A DNA stretch of 63,929 nucleotides, the filler included, from Choristocarpus tenellus KU-1152 (taxonomy: Eukaryota; Protista; Phaeophyceae), in the NCBI GenBank assembly GCA_964200185.2. It is 13 parts of 13 records of this genome, joined end to end, with 100 filler letters (N's around TTAATTAATTAA, not from the genome) between each part and the next. Parts side by side here need not be neighbours in the genome. Positions count along the whole stretch, not along the records: positions 1 to 11,317 come from CAXNAD020002386.1; positions 11,418 to 16,624 come from CAXNAD020011507.1; 11 more parts are not named here. One strand, given 5' to 3'. The notes beneath the pieces were generated by a model. That model had not been told where the DNA came from, ran no database searches, and worked only from the letters and a program-made list of their open reading frames with translations. Positions 1-14,334 of the stretch are shown here, in pieces. Each line of letters begins with the position of its first letter. Positions within the stretch are counted from its first letter, which is position 1. A program made the translations under genes and the position numbers.

Positions 1-753
1 CCCCCCACAGATGCTTTGAGACCTGCACTCTTTCGAATGTCTTGCTTACACAAATTTGCAAAATATTTGCCTTTTTTTTTCCAATGCTTCTGATGGCCGA
101 GACGAGCACATCTAACTCGGTTACCTCATCTCTGAATTAATGGGGATAAATAGTGATAAATAGTGCAATGAAAAAAAGCGAACAAGCAATTTCATTGCTG
201 GCATTTGATGAGCAGGAGAGTTGGCTGTGAGAATATGGTCTTCGTGGGTGAAGCTGTTGTTGATGCAGGCAAGACTTGAACATATCTCCAACTCCAGGGG
301 TTAGAGTAAAACATCTTGTTAACTCATTTGGTTAATCAGCACTGGTCACTCCTTTGCGCCTGGCGATACATACTGCTATTCTAATAGTACTAGTGGTACC
401 GATAGTGCTAGGGATAATAGTAATAGCAATGATATGGATGTAAATGATATTAATGGTAGTAACAATAATAGTAACATACAATAGCAGTGGTAATATCAAG
501 TTTACAGTTACAGTTATAGTGATCATACAAGCAAGAAGTATATTTTATTGCAGTGGAGGGTTAACAAATTGATATATAGTAGTTGAAGAGTACCAGGGAG
601 AGAGGCTCTTGATCTAAGTAATAACAACAAAATATGTATCTGTATTGTTTCATGATCTTCGTTTAGAATATTGTGATTGAAACTAATGCAGATTGGATAT
701 TAGGGTCAGCATTGGCGTTAGCAAAATGACAGTGAAGAAAAAAATTGTAGAGT

Positions 754-1400
754 TTAGTAGATAGTAGAAGACAAGTCATGCTGACTGGTCAGGGTTAGGG
801 ATTTTGTAGATCGCATGTTCGTATCCTGTGACTGACTACCTGTTGTAGTGGCGATATGTCTAAAATTTGGTTCTAGACCCTGTGTTAAGTACTGCACGGG
901 TGATGAAGTGGTTAGAAATTGGTATTGGATGCTGTTGACTGTTGTGTTTTTAGGACTCACGTGCTGACCATCTTGGCTATGCATGAGTTGACCGTTTCCC
1001 TGGTTTTTGGTTTGGTACTTGAAATTCACAGGATAGGTGAATAACAGATGGATGAAGTTAGCCTCACACATTGGCCATGTGCAGAGTAGGAGACCCAAGT
1101 AATTAGTTCATTATTGATGGGGAGGAAGTTTGTTTTCCGATAATTTTTTTAGATCAACGACTGGATAATTCAATGAGGTCTGTACGTGAAATATTGCTAC
1201 TTATGTTCCGACTATCCACCAATGGTATAATAATACATGTAACTTCCCATCAATGCAGATGTTGTTCATTGAACAAAAAACTCCAGAAAAAATGTTATTT
1301 TTCTAGATACCATTGGTTGTACTTTTCCTGCAGTTCTTAATCTTCACACCTAGGTGGGTGAGTCTGGTTATGTTTACCAGATGACTTTTAATTTATCCGG
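754..1400 (-). mobile_element. Highly degenerate Ty3/gypsy-like RT remnant
   Basis: Broken minus-strand frames give HLVNITRLTHLGVKIKNC...NIFSG...ICIDGK, loosely resembling the gypsy RT C-terminal region; many stops. Confidence 0.25.
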
Positions 1401-2566
1401 ATACTGCAGCTGATCTATCATATTTTCCAATTATTGTAGCTTAACTAAAAATAATTGCAAAGGCAGGATGATTTGAGTGAGAGGTTTGGAACATGATGCA
1501 AAGAGTTGGATGTACTTAGGAGTTGATTTTTGTAACATCAATAGAAATTTCTGTGTGGTAATATTAATATTACATAATATGTAATTAATATACTACGTAG
1601 TATTATTTATTGGCAGTAGGCAGTGGGCTTAAAGGATGTGCTGTTGCCCTGCCTGTGATATTCCCTAGTACCTTTTGTCAGCAGTACATACCTTTTTATG
1701 TAACCCTTACATGAAAGGGGTACAGTAGTAGCTTAATCCTATCCTAATATATAAAAAGTGGTATAGCAGTAACTTGAGGTTTATAACCCTAACCCTGCAC
1801 ATGAAAAGGGACACAGTAGTAACTAAATATCCCTGACAATTTATTTGAAAAGATGTCAAGTTGGTGATTAACCTTAGTAGTGGCAACGCCTTCCACTGAT
1901 CCTGATGTCCCTCCTGTTCCCCCTGTGTGTAGCTGCAAGTTTAGCCATGACATCAAGATGTTCTTGGAGAAAAGGCCACCCGACCTGGCTGAGAGGTGCC
2001 CTGTTTGGGATGTCAGAGGGGTGAGTGAGTGAGTGAGTGAAAGTATGGTAGTGAATTTTCATTATTTAATTTTATGCATGGATGTTTGGTACAAATGTCT
2101 CTCTTACTCTATATATTTTTTTGGTTCGTTGTTGTTGATTCAATAGCTACGATTGATCAATTGAAATTGTTATTGAGATTGAAGGGATACATTTGATTGG
2201 TTGCGTCTCTTTGCACGTGTGCTCATGTTCACGTCTTGATTTCAATCAAGTCTTAGAGTGGATTTAAACCTAACCCTAACCTGATGCCCGCAAGAATGTT
2301 TGGTTTGGAGAAGGGGTATTTATTGGCACCATCCTTTGAATTTCAACTCTCAATCCTCAACCCTAACCGTAGCCCTTTTTATGTCATCCCTAATGCTAAA
2401 CCTTTCTATTACAACCCGAACCCTAACCCTAACCCTAACCCAAGGTCCCTATGGCAGCCAATTTCTGCCCCTATAAAGCATGTCTGTTGTTAGAACACGA
2501 CCCAAAACTTGGTTCTCCTTTTTTACTCTCTTTAACGTGTTATGGTTTTGAAGATGTGTCCCTCAG

Positions 2567-3652
2567 GCATCCTGTGCCGATACGGGTCTGGCCATATTGA
2601 TCCGGAGAGGTTGGTGAGCGTGTCAAGGTCTGAGGAGGAGGGGGGAGTAATGGATTCTTCGCACTTTACCTTTGAAAACAATTTGGATAGGTGTGTGACA
2701 CGGACTGTAATAACAATGTACTCTTGATTTATACTGGCCTCACGAAATAGCCCTAAGAGTCAAAGTATCTCAGAGGGTAGAGCTGCATCCATTTGGGGGC
2801 CAAAATCCAGTGTTGCGATTTTGATTTAATTTTGGCTAAAGTGTTTGTCAGGAAGTGTCAGTATCCCTGTTCTGGACACACCTTTTCATAACGCATACGT
2901 TTTACCCACTCCTAAACATATCGGAGTAGGAAAATGTCGTAAAAAACCCATGGGAAGCCAAACCCCAAATGGACAAACAGGGCAAAACTCGAACCCTTTT
3001 AAGATAATTTCACTCTAAGCGATGTAATTTTATTCCATTAGAGTTTGAGATATGGTCTGGGAGATCTGCAAGTTATATTTTTTTGTGTGAGAGGTTGTAG
3101 GGTTAGGGCTGGGGAGAGCTGCACTTGGTATGCTTTGATCTCTCCTTGTAAATTTTGCTCTTTATAACGATGCTTCAAGGGGAATTTTAGTTTTTCATTC
3201 CCACTCCCACCCCCTCATGTGATTCCTTCTATGACATTGATGTCATATATATATCTCGTTCCATCCATTTGTTGCTCCTGTAGCATGCCATCAAAATGAA
3301 TCTAAATTATTTACAAGCTGGCTCTTTTTGTGTATTTACTCACCGCCGATTTGTAATTCAATCAGGTTGACCATTAGTTCAAGTAAACTTAGGGTTAGGG
3401 TTATATATTTGACATAACAAAATGAATCTAAATTATTTACAAGCTGGCTCTTTTTGTGTATTTACTCACCGCCGATTTGTAATTCAATCGGGTTGACCAT
3501 TAGTTCAAGTAAACTTAGGGTTAGGGTTATATATTTGACATAACAAGTCTCACATCTGCTTGATTTCTTTGTTCACCCTTTCATACACAAGCATGGGCAC
3601 ACACGCACGCACACACGCACACACGCACACACGAGACTCTCACACTCGCATG

Positions 3653-3684
<32 letters not shown>

Positions 3685-6600
3685 CTCACTCTCACACTCA
3701 CACTCACACTCACACTCACACACACTCACACACACACACACTCACACACACACACACTCACACACACACACACACACACACACCTACGTGCGTTCACACC
3801 CTGCGTGCACATGTAAGAAAGCCTCTTACGCCTGCATTTGCCTATGTCTTCTCAACTCTGCAGAGTCCTGCAAGGCGACCTCCGCCGTGGCAAAGTTCAA
3901 TTTTTGTGTGACCGGAAGGAGTTCAAGTCATATATGGCGCGTCTGAGCCAGGAAGTGAGACCCACACCCTCTTCCGGCCGCGTTGCCGTGGTTAACGTGC
4001 ACATTCCTGTTGCAGTGGTCTCTGGGCCTGAGACGACTGACTCCAGTCCTGCAGTGACTGTGCCAGGAACTGTTGCAGCAAGTGGGGCAGGTTCTGATGA
4101 GATGGGTGTTGATGCTAGTGATAATGAGACTCCCACGGAATCGGTACCTGGCTCTGTTACCACGAACAAGGCTACTGGGCCAGGGGTTGGTGATGGGGCA
4201 CTGGGAAACTGTGTGATCGCAGCGGGGAAGGAAGAGGGGTTGGGTAGTACGGGGGTGGCGGTGATTGGGACGAAAGATGAGGTAGTGGGGACAGGCAAGC
4301 GGAAGAGAGAGGAGGACAGCGCTGAAGGGGTGGGGGAGGGGGATGTTGATGCTTGTGAGTGAGGAAGAGTAGAGTTGGGGACAAGGTTTGGGTTACTGTT
4401 GGGGATGTTTGGGTAGGATTTTAAAGATGCGTTTTTGGAAGGTAGAATCTGCTTGTTGGGTCGTATATTTTCTCACAGATTTGTGTTTTTTGGTCTTGTA
4501 TATAGTCTGTTGATGGCTATACTGATGTGTGTTTACTCAGGTACGTGTCTGCCTCTTCAGTGTAAGAGTAGTGGGGTTTGCTCTAAGCAAAAAATCTGAA
4601 GTTCATGTCTATGGTACTGATGAAATTAAACCATGTTTTGATACTTGCAACAGCTTCATTCTGGATTATGTATCTTGTTTTGTTACGCAGAAACGTAACT
4701 TATTTGATAAAGTAGCCATGTTTTTCTTTGTCTAAGTATGAGTAACAAAAGAAGTGTTTCTTCCAGCCCTTTTGCATCTTGCCATATCTTCACCATACCA
4801 AAGCTTGCTCGCTAAATACGCTCCGCCTTGAATTGTGTCACAAGAGCTTATCCTGTGAATCCTGCTGTTATTTTCACCTCCTGCCTACGCAGGTTTGGGA
4901 AAAGCAAAGATTCAGTCAGGAAATTCTCCTCCTTCGACTACAGAACAAGGAAAAGAACAATCAACTGTTAATGTGAGTGATAGGAACAGTCCTTTATCAA
5001 CTTGTCAGTCTTTAAGGGGCGTTAATGTGTTTGCTGATGTGGTTTTCTAGCAGTCCATGGGAGGCTGGTTCTGCCCTCACACATCTTGTTATGATGGACG
5101 GATGGGAAAAGTGAGTGCCAGGGTACAGAGCCATAGATGGTATGCAGATTGATACCCTCACCCCTAGTGTCGTTCAATGCTTGTGCTGTAGTGTGGTTTT
5201 GTGCCGTGTCTTGTGGTCACAGTAGTAGTATTAATAATATTAGTGACAGTTGGTACATTTTTTAAAGTGGGTTCGATTTGGAGTTTGGGGTCAGGTTATG
5301 TGTCACTTCTACTTCTGCCTCTTTCCCCCCTGCAGTACAACAGCATTATTTTTTATTGTTAGTATTTGTACCTTAGGAGTGGAGGTAGGTAGAAATCTAT
5401 TATGCTATGTAAACCCTCTTACTTATTGTTTATGCTCTTATCGCTTGACACAGGGTCATGGTGATGCCTGTAGCAATGGCTCAACTGTGGCCAGCTCTGG
5501 GGCAGGGGAAGGGGGAAGCGGCAGCCAGGTTTCACAGACTTCAGGGGCTGGTATTGACCAAGGGGTGTATGTAGGGGATGATGACTGGGTGAGGGCTTGC
5601 CTGGAAGCAAAGGCCCCTAGGGAGAATGCAAGTCGACTGAGCTTTGAGGGGAAGGTTTACATTGCCCCGCTTACCACTGTTGGAAATCTTCCGTTCAGGT
5701 TAGATTGTTGTGTAGTAAGACTTTGGGATTAATTTGGTAGTTGTAGTGGTAGTGGTTGTGGTGTGGTGTTGGTGGGGGCGTGATGTGATTCTAGAGTAAC
5801 ATTCAAGTTGGTATATGAAACAACAGGGTGAAAGCATCCAAAGGCTGCTCATGGTATGGCATGGTGCTACTGTTGTGGCTATACTATGTTGCTGTCAAAC
5901 TGTTGATTGATCGAGAAATATCCTCTATCTTTGTGAGTAGTACTGTTCTGTTTAGTATTTACTACTATCAATACCAATCATCGTATGAATCCTTGGAGTG
6001 ATCAAGTGTTTGAACTTCTGAATTCTGTTTTGTAGGTGCTTGATGGGGTAGGGGTAAAAGTAGAAGATTGATGTCATTTGGGAGCGGATCTTGGATAATC
6101 TGATAGAGTTGAGTGAATTTTGGATAATATGAGGGTCAGGGGTCAGGTTTGTGGCTAGGATGAACTGAGTTACCTCTGTGGATTTCGGTTAGTCCGAGAG
6201 TTGGGGTCAGGGTGTATGGTGTTCAATTTTCATAGGATTCCAGGGTGGGCATTGAATAGCTGGGCAGTGAGTTATTTTCCCTTGAGTGTGCAGACGTTTG
6301 TTCAAGTTTTTCTAGACGAGAGGTGGTAGTAAATTCGGGCATCGGCCTTTTTTGCGTCAACTTCTTACTTTTTTTATTGCTTGTAATACAAGCACAAGAC
6401 TTTTGATTAGATGTCTTTATTGATTAGATGTCCTTTTGATTAGATGCCTCTATTGTTTTGTCCGTATTTTCTGTCTCTATTGTACATGAAATTGATTTTT
6501 TATATTTTTGTGAATGTCTTTTTCCTCTTACCACTCTTCGACCCCCCTATTTTGCGATCCTATACCTTTTTTCTGTCATTTTATTTTGTTACACGGTTGA

Positions 6601-9600
6601 TAATGCAACATCGATTTGTTTTTTTGGTCAAAATTAAATATGTGTTGGTAGTTTGCAGGTGAGGGAAGATTTCATTTTTTTTTCATTTTTTGTGCCTAAG
6701 CACCTCTTGCACTTCTGTACCTTTTCTTGTCAATGGTTGACAGTTCTAAGTTGATTTTTTTTTATTTTGTTGGTTCATGTTTTGCAGGAGAGTTATGAAA
6801 GACCTTGGAGCCGACATTACTTGTGGAGAGATGGCCCTAGCATCCAACCTTTTAAAGGGACAAGGCGCAGAATGGGCTCTGTTGAGACGACATCCGTGTG
6901 AGGACATATTTGGTGTGCAGGTGCTCTTTTACCCTGTTTTTTTTTTAATGTTTAAAGGTGTGGTTCATGTTTGTTGCCTTTTATGGGTACATCTCAGTAC
7001 CCAAGACTATCATTGTCTTGGTTACCTCTTGACCTCAGTCACCTCTCGGCAACATTTTGTTCTGAAACACTGGAAAAACGATGAATATTTTTTGTAAGAA
7101 GGGAAGAGAAGTTTCTCAGTAAAGTTTGATAGAAGGTGATGTTTTTTTTTTTTGGGAAGAATGTTCCGTGTTGATTGATACCGGGAAGAAAACAGTTTGA
7201 GATTCACTATGCCGCCAATCAGAGTTGCTTTAAGTATACTGATTCTGTATGAAGTGGTGTTGTGGGGTGATTTCTTTGAGTGTATAAGTATAGTATACTT
7301 ATCAATTAGTGGTAACCCTGAAGTATTGTGATGATATTAACTGTACCGAAATCCTAAGAGTAAGCATGAACATACTGTGTATATCCGTGCACAAATTTTA
7401 TGCATGAATTACACTGTTGGTCCTTTATAGCAACGATATAAATGTCAAGTATTATTTTGAATCTTAGATTCGATTGAATTGTGGGTGGTCAGACATAAAC
7501 ACTGATGCACATTTTTTGTTGTTGTAATTGAGCAAATTGGTTCTGTGGATGAGGCTTGCAGACCTTAACGACCCATATGTGTATCAATTCGTGGTGTTAG
7601 ATTGGATGCCCATTTGATTAGAAGTCATCTCTTGAGATTTTTGTAGATGATTCAGCTTACGTTTGGAGATTATTTAACTTCTGCTTCCCAGCACTATTGT
7701 CTAGATGACTACTGTGGGATTTCGGTTCTTCCCTTCCATCCCTCACAGTGCTGTGGGGGATAGATTGTGTTCCTTGAAAGCTTTATTTGACCCTGTTTTT
7801 CTTGAGGAATCTGGAAGTTTCTATTCTACGTGTTGATTCCATCTGCAGAAGAAGATATTTTTTTGTCCCAAAGAATCAATTAGGGTAGCACTCATATGTG
7901 TATATTTTGGAAACCACTGCCTTTTGTTGATGTTGTTAGTAGGGTTCCCTTAGACTTCAATGGGAAATAAGAGTATTGGAAAGATGAAAAAACAGTGAAA
8001 AGTCATGTGAAAATATTGAGATATGTCTTGCTTCTAAGATAATGGCTCTTGGAGAGAATATAGTTTGGTAGAAATGGTGCAGTTGTTTCTGACTTCACTA
8101 GGTTGACACCCCGAGGTGTCACAGTAAAGGAGAGGTCCCCAAGATGGTCAAGCGTACATTCTAGGTTCTTGCTAAAGGCCCTTGCCTGTCTCTGTGTGTG
8201 CCCTGTGATATTTGAGTTTGTAATCTATTGATAGTAGTAGAGTTCAAACATGTTGCTATGACAATACTGCACTAATAGAATAAGTGTTGAAGAATATGAG
8301 CGATCACATCACTTTAATTCTATCATTTGGTGATTAAGTGAAATCAAGAATCAGTGGGTAGCTTTCAGGTGTTAATTTGCAGTGATTGTTCGTGCTCTGG
8401 TTGCATAGGGTGGGATGCCTCGTGTGTGATTCGATTGTTATTGGTTACGTGGATATTTAGCTGATACTCATCCTTGCTTTTCAATTCAAAAGCTAAATAT
8501 CATGGCATTTTATTTTCTTGTATGGCATTTTGTACCTATAGTTGATAGCCTGGACTAGTATATGGGGGTTGATGATGATTGAGATTACTGAATGTTGTTT
8601 TTGTTCAGGTTAAGACTCTCCAAGACAATTTTTAAGAAATCAGGATTTCAAGGTAATGTAGATGATTAATCAATACTAGAGTTAGTACAAACTGAGGCTA
8701 TGAAGAATGACGTAGGCAATGAAGTAGTATCACTACAATCCTCCAACTTCCTCTTATCTTTTGAACTTGTTGGAATCTTCTTGGAAAAATCCATATTTTT
8801 TCTCTGTATTCTAATGTACACTGATGTGAAATATGCGCAGCTTGCTGGAGCTCACCCAGACCAGATGACACGAGCGGGTCAACTGGTGGCGGACAATGCA
8901 AAGGTTAGTCTCTGGTATGGGAATAGGTATTAGCCTGAAAGGTTTAAGGTAGGTTTTGAGTATGTATTTCAGTTGGGGCTGGTCTTATGGTTGGGATTAT
9001 GCTTCGAGGGTTAGTCTTTGGTTAAGGTTAGGGTTAGGGGTAATCTTGAATTTGAAGTTGTTAGAATGAAGGTATAAACAGGCTATCTCATTTAATGGTA
9101 TTGGTTTTCCTGTTAAGTTAGAACTTTTTATGCAAGAATTTTTTTCTATTTTTGAAGAGGATATTGACGAGGGATTCATAGAATGGCCACAATTGGATGT
9201 CAAGGAGTACATAGTTTTGGAGGTATTGAGGTTTTTTAGTAGAGTTAAGGGTTTCCAAAGTGAGAGTTGCAGTTGGTAAGAGGAGATTCAGTGATGATGG
9301 TGATAAGAGAGATAAAGACTACAATGTTGTTTTCAGGTCCACCAATGTGATAGGTGATAACAGAAGTATATTCATGCCCTTTCGCTTCTTTAGAACAGAG
9401 TGTGGTGATCTTGTGCGATGATGAGAAAGGGATTGAGGTGTAACATGACTTACCTGGTTCTAAGTGACACAGAATACCATTATATGTGCTACTGAAAATT
9501 ATTTATTGTGGGAGTGTTGAGCCTCATCCTGACTCTTGACTTTGAGTACGCAATGATAAGTGGTGCTGTGTGGCTGTGCATACACTGATAAACTTCTTTC

Positions 9601-9730
9601 CTTTGGACCTTTGGTTGGGCAGATGGACTTTGTCGACCTGAATATGGGCTGTCCCATTGACATGATCTGCAACAAGGGAATGGGGGCAGCATTGATGACA
9701 CGTACAAAGAAGATGACCAACACCATTGCG
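2567..9730 (+). CDS. DUS3L: tRNA-dihydrouridine(47) synthase DUS3-like, partial multi-exon gene
   Basis: GT-AG exons ~2567-2609 (CRYGSGH, CCCH finger end), ~3864-4354 (boundary uncertain), 5454-5698 ([16 protein letters not shown]), 6788-6920 ([10 protein letters not shown]...[17 protein letters not shown]), 8841-8903, 9623-9730 ([12 protein letters not shown]). The last four exons splice in phase. Confidence 0.93.
2757..3015. mobile_element. MITE family A copy (~260 bp, TIR core AAAGTATCTTAGAGGGTA), TSD TAA
   Basis: GAG...CTC termini, TAA on both flanks, similar to other copies in the window. Confidence 0.85.
3292..3546. repeat. Near-perfect tandem duplication, 2 x 126 bp, intronic
   Basis: Direct repeat with period 126; each unit contains TTAGGGTTAGGG. 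Confidence 0.9.
3599..3783. repeat. (CA)n / (CACACT)n microsatellite
   Basis: Visible directly. Confidence 0.95.
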
Positions 9731-10263
9731 GTGAGAGGAGAAACATGTAACAATGGAATATGACAAACACATTAAAACAGTAACATTTTGAGTACAATGT
9801 AGAGCTTGTTCTCTCCGTCAATGAGGTGCATGAGGAATATGATGAGGCTCTGCTGTAAGTGCGGAAGTGAGGAAACAATAATCAATGTAGTGAATGCAAA
9901 GCAAGAAATGTTCCCAATCGTCAAAATGGCAATGTCTCTAGTGGATATGGATGTAGAAATTTGTTTTATTGTTGTTGCAACCGGAATGTCCTTTACTTCT
10001 GGGCTATAATTTAGTGTAGAATGGGTAACAGATAGGGGTGGCGCTAGGGATAGAAGATTGGAGAGTTCAGCCACTGTTGCTGCTGTTGATTGTGTGCCCT
10101 CTGGGATTTGTGTTAAATGTTTCCCACTTTCCTGTCCCTAAATTACCAGTGTTTGTGAACTGAGTTGATTTATCACTACTTTCGAATTACCTAGAATTCT
10201 TAGAAGAATAACCTGATTAAACTGTTGGCACACAATGCAAGAACTTCTAAGCCTCCACAGTTT

Positions 10264-11317
10264 TCAGCACGCAGATCCAAAGTCATGAGAAGTGATGTAG
10301 GTAGTCCGTTGTGACATGGGATTGGAACAATCTGAGGCGGATACATGTTTGTTCAGATTGATTGTGTATGGTGAAGCTGTGATAATGATGTTAGTTAATG
10401 CCTCTTCCGCTACGTAGTTGCTGCAACACCATCTACAACTTGTTTGGCTGCCGACATAGCCGCTGTACGTCCAGGACACTTTAACGGCTTTGCGTCCTAG
10501 TCCAGTGTGAATGTAGTAGGTATCAGAAAATTTGCCTGTAACAGGTACGGAAGAAACAGTCGGACAAACAAACATGTAATGCGGTCTAGTGCACTTGAAA
10601 AATTTTACTCCCTGACCTTGATGTCCAACCGGTGATGTAGGGTGTGATCAATGATCAAAAGTTGAGCTTCCACTAGACTTCAGGGCTCCATTGTGGTTCC
10701 CAGCACCACCGTTCCCCAACCTCTCGTTCATCCTGTAGGTTTTGTAAACCCTTTACTGGAGTTGAAGCTGAGCTGTTTGACTCACTTTGGTAATTTGGCA
10801 AATTTCAATTGCATACTCCGCTGCAACGTAGTTGTGAATCATTGCCAGCTGCTCTTCCTCGTCAGGTTCGACGCCAAAACTCTGCTACTTCTTCACCAGC
10901 TTCTCCATCTGTTGAATAATTCCTACAGGATCCTCCTCAATCTGTAGATGCAGTTCATGTAGCTTGGTCCTCCAGATTGCTCGTGTGGTGTTATCATCCC
11001 TTTCGAAATGACCCCTAAGTGCCTGGAACCTTTCCAAAGGGCTATTGTGGTTGTCAACAATGTCGAGTACAAGTCCAAATACACTCATGACCAGCCCAGC
11101 CAATGAGATGCTGGCTTCTTGTACTTCCTGGTGTGTCCACCTTGACATGCTGCTTTCCTCCAGGCCCACCCTGATGTGTTTTTGAATAAATACTGCGTCC
11201 ATGCACCCACTCGTGGCAGCACAAGTTAACAATCGTTTCTTGTACTTGGGAAGCCCCTCCCCATTATCGTCACCCTTATACACCACAAATTTGGAAGGAA
11301 CTGGGGTGAGGAGTTGC
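10264..11317 (-). mobile_element. Degenerate Ty1/Copia gag (UBN2-like) with decayed zinc knuckle, probably intronic in DUS3L
   Basis: ORF 10885-11286 (LRGHFERDDNTTRAIWRTKLHELHLQIEEDP) followed by FFKCTRPHYMFVCP; in-frame stops. Confidence 0.6.
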
Positions 11318-11417
11318 NNNNNNNNNNNNNNNNNNNNNNNNNNNNNNNNNNNNNNNNNNNNTTAATTAATTAANNNNNNNNNNNNNNNNNNNNNNNNNNN
11401 NNNNNNNNNNNNNNNNN
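11318..11417. other. Artificial contig linker N44-TTAATTAATTAA-N44; also at 16625, 22716, 27481, 30148, 33526, 38098, 41418, 46290, 50744, 56297, 60855
   Basis: Identical 100-nt spacer with six-frame stop core occurs 12 times. Confidence 0.98.
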
Positions 11418-14334
11418 TGCTCTTCAAGTCGGAGCAGGTGGGACTGTGGCAGGGGGTAGAGGGGGGTTATATGGACAGCATCACCATCAGATTGAAGGAA
11501 CTGGCATGGGCAGTATTTCCATATCCCCATACTTGGAGTGCTACTTGGGAGGGCAGACACTTATCAGGGTGTGTGCCTCAGGGCTTTCGCTGGGGATGGT
11601 GACCCAACTAAACAAGGCCTTCTGGCGGGTTTCCTCTGAGAACGGCTTGGGCCTGCTGGATGAGGTGGGTTTTGCCAGCCTGCTGTCTGGTTGCAGCCTC
11701 ACTCCCCAGGAGATGAAGTGGCTCTTGTGTGCAATGGACAGGTGATTGTTACATTAGAATAGTTATTATTATTGTCAGGTTGACACAACCCACATCTTGA
11801 TATGCACACAGCCGCAAAGGCATGGGCACATACATTGGAAAAAAGACAAAATATGTCCGTTGCATTCTAGTTCGCAATGCCTCTTTTGTCGTTTTTCATC
11901 AAACTCTCCGGTCCAGGTGTTTTTGGTAGTGTCTATTGTCCGAACAAGGCTTTCTTCTGTAATGCTGGATTAGCTGTGTTATGTAAGCGTAATGTTTTCC
12001 AAGATGTGAGATGATAATACCAAGGTTTGTACACAATAACACGGCTTTTTTTTTCTATTTTGTGCATACAGAACTATCTACAACGTTTCTGGAAAGCGTT
12101 GTGGACAACTGAGTAGTCCTGAGCACACTTGAGTATATGAGATGACAGCAAAGAATGAGAAAAATGTAGGGCGAAGCAAAGACGGTGTTGAAAAGAGGCT
12201 ATCAATATTCAAGCAGACTTACCTTGACATTTTTTAGAGGTACAGATGAATGAGATGGGGAGGGTGGTGTGCGCCTATCTGGTCGCTACATTGGATGAGG
12301 AAGTCTTGCTGTGTAGATAAAAATTCTCTGGAAGTACATGTTTTTCTCATGTGCTGGTCTGCAAACCACTCACCTACTTCTTCATCCAGGTGTGAACTTG
12401 CCAGTTTTTATCAGTGTGTCGCTGGAGGAATTGGGACTGCTGATAGTGAAGGAATTGACAGTCAAAATACCACAATGTGCATGAATTGGGTGAAAATGCA
12501 GATGTTGCTGTGGGCCTCGGATTGATACTGTGAATACCCGTTTGAATTTGAAGGTCGAGTCATTTAATACTACTGGTGTGGTCTCTATTTCAGTAGGAGC
12601 AACAGCATTTGTATCTGTACCGTATTATGGCAGGGGTGTGAATTCGGGTTTCCAATACGATAAATTACTGTGTATTCTGGTTTTTCCACATACAGTGGTG
12701 TTGAACCAGTCTTACACACACACACACATATATATAATATCATTATGCACCCTTGTATCCTTTAATACATTGTAGTATAACAGTACTATTAATACAGAAC
12801 ATAGCATTCTGACTATAAAAGTATGCTAGCTCTTGCTGCATCTTGCAAGGGCAATTATGGTTTTGGTGAGTTAAGGTGCCTTCAACTCGATCTCTTCTGG
12901 AGTATATTTGATTTGTTTTATGGTTTAGTTTGTTCTGCTCTCTGTAAAACGCAAGCAAAGTGTAAGGGGAGTGTGCATCATCATGCATGCATGACTCTAT
13001 TTGAAAGTAACTCCTACCTTCCCTCCCCCCTCCTCGGACCAGATGGCACACCACATCATGAGAGAGTAGGGTCAAACAAGCCAGTATTTTCATTGGCATC
13101 CTTCTTACCCTTTGCTACACCTTATGTTTGCTACACTGAAGTATAGTATTATGTATTTGGATATTTTGAACTTGACCTTCCCACCCACCACACCTCACCT
13201 CTCCCTTACGCACTACAGTGGTGCATTATGTTCCATCACGGATATAGGTAGGGTACAAGTGCTTGGTGATACACCAATCTTCCTGAGAAAACATAGATTC
13301 ACCTCCAATAGAGTAAGGGGGGGTTGGTTGGTTGTTATGATATCATGTGGTAAGCACATATTACTGATGGCTTAAGCTGTGAACCCAAGATACTGTTGAC
13401 TGTTCCTTTACCAGTCCTCTGACTAAACTGCAAACCTGTGTACACTCTTGCGTCAAACAGGATTTTAACTCAAAACTGAAGCCTTTTTCTCCCTGTGTAC
13501 TGGCTCTCTCTTTCTGTCTGGCTCTGTCTCTTTGTGTCTGTTCTGTTTATATGTTACGGCTGTGTGAAAGGGAGTGGCGAGGTATGATATCCTTCGATGA
13601 TCTTCTTACTGCCATTACAGCTTTCTACTCAATTGAAGGTGCCACCAACAGCTCAATCACTCACAAAGATCAAGTGCACCTTCAAGCACACTACCAGTGG
13701 AAGGTACCCTGCGTTGTACTCCCCTCCCTCCAATACGCCTTCCCCTCCACAAATGTTGCTCTTGTCTGTGTCCATTGCTCACTATACGCCAGAGGTACGG
13801 TTGGTGTTGATCTGCTCCTATCCCTTTACAGGTGCATTTTAATAATCTGCTACGAAGTATACTGGCTGCTTCTATGTTAACTTGAAGAGTCTGGTGCACT
13901 CAACTGGTGGGCACTCCACTATTTCTATTTTCTGGTAAACTTTGCAAGTCATATTGGCCTTGTGAGAGTGTGTTCATCTTGCAACATTTGTTTTTTAATA
14001 CATTTGTGTGATTTCTTTCTGTGTGATGGTACTACTAATAGACATGTATGTGCACCCACCACACCACCCTCACTAGCAAAACCAAGGCGTGAAATATTTA
14101 GACCAAGCTTGTGGGATTGGTGGGTGGACTTTGGCTAATGGAGCCTTAGTCTCACCTACCTCTGTGTTTGAATGATCAATCAATCAATGAGTTTATTCCA
14201 TTCCTCCCATGTGTGTGTGTGTGTGTGCGTGTGTGTATTGTTGAGTACAGATGAGCGGCACAACACTGTCAGACCGTGATACACTGGTTTGGATATTCCG
14301 ACAGATCGTGACAACATTGCAGAGTGTGGGATAG
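11418..14334 (+). CDS. EF-hand-containing protein, 3' part
   Basis: Exon ending 11741 (QEMKWLLCAMDR) splices AG|G into 13571 (EWRGMISFDDLL), rebuilding an EF-hand loop; probable last exon 14251-14334. Confidence 0.6.

Noticed and set aside
3560-3946. His/Thr-rich ORF
   Set aside because: Translation of the (CA)n microsatellite
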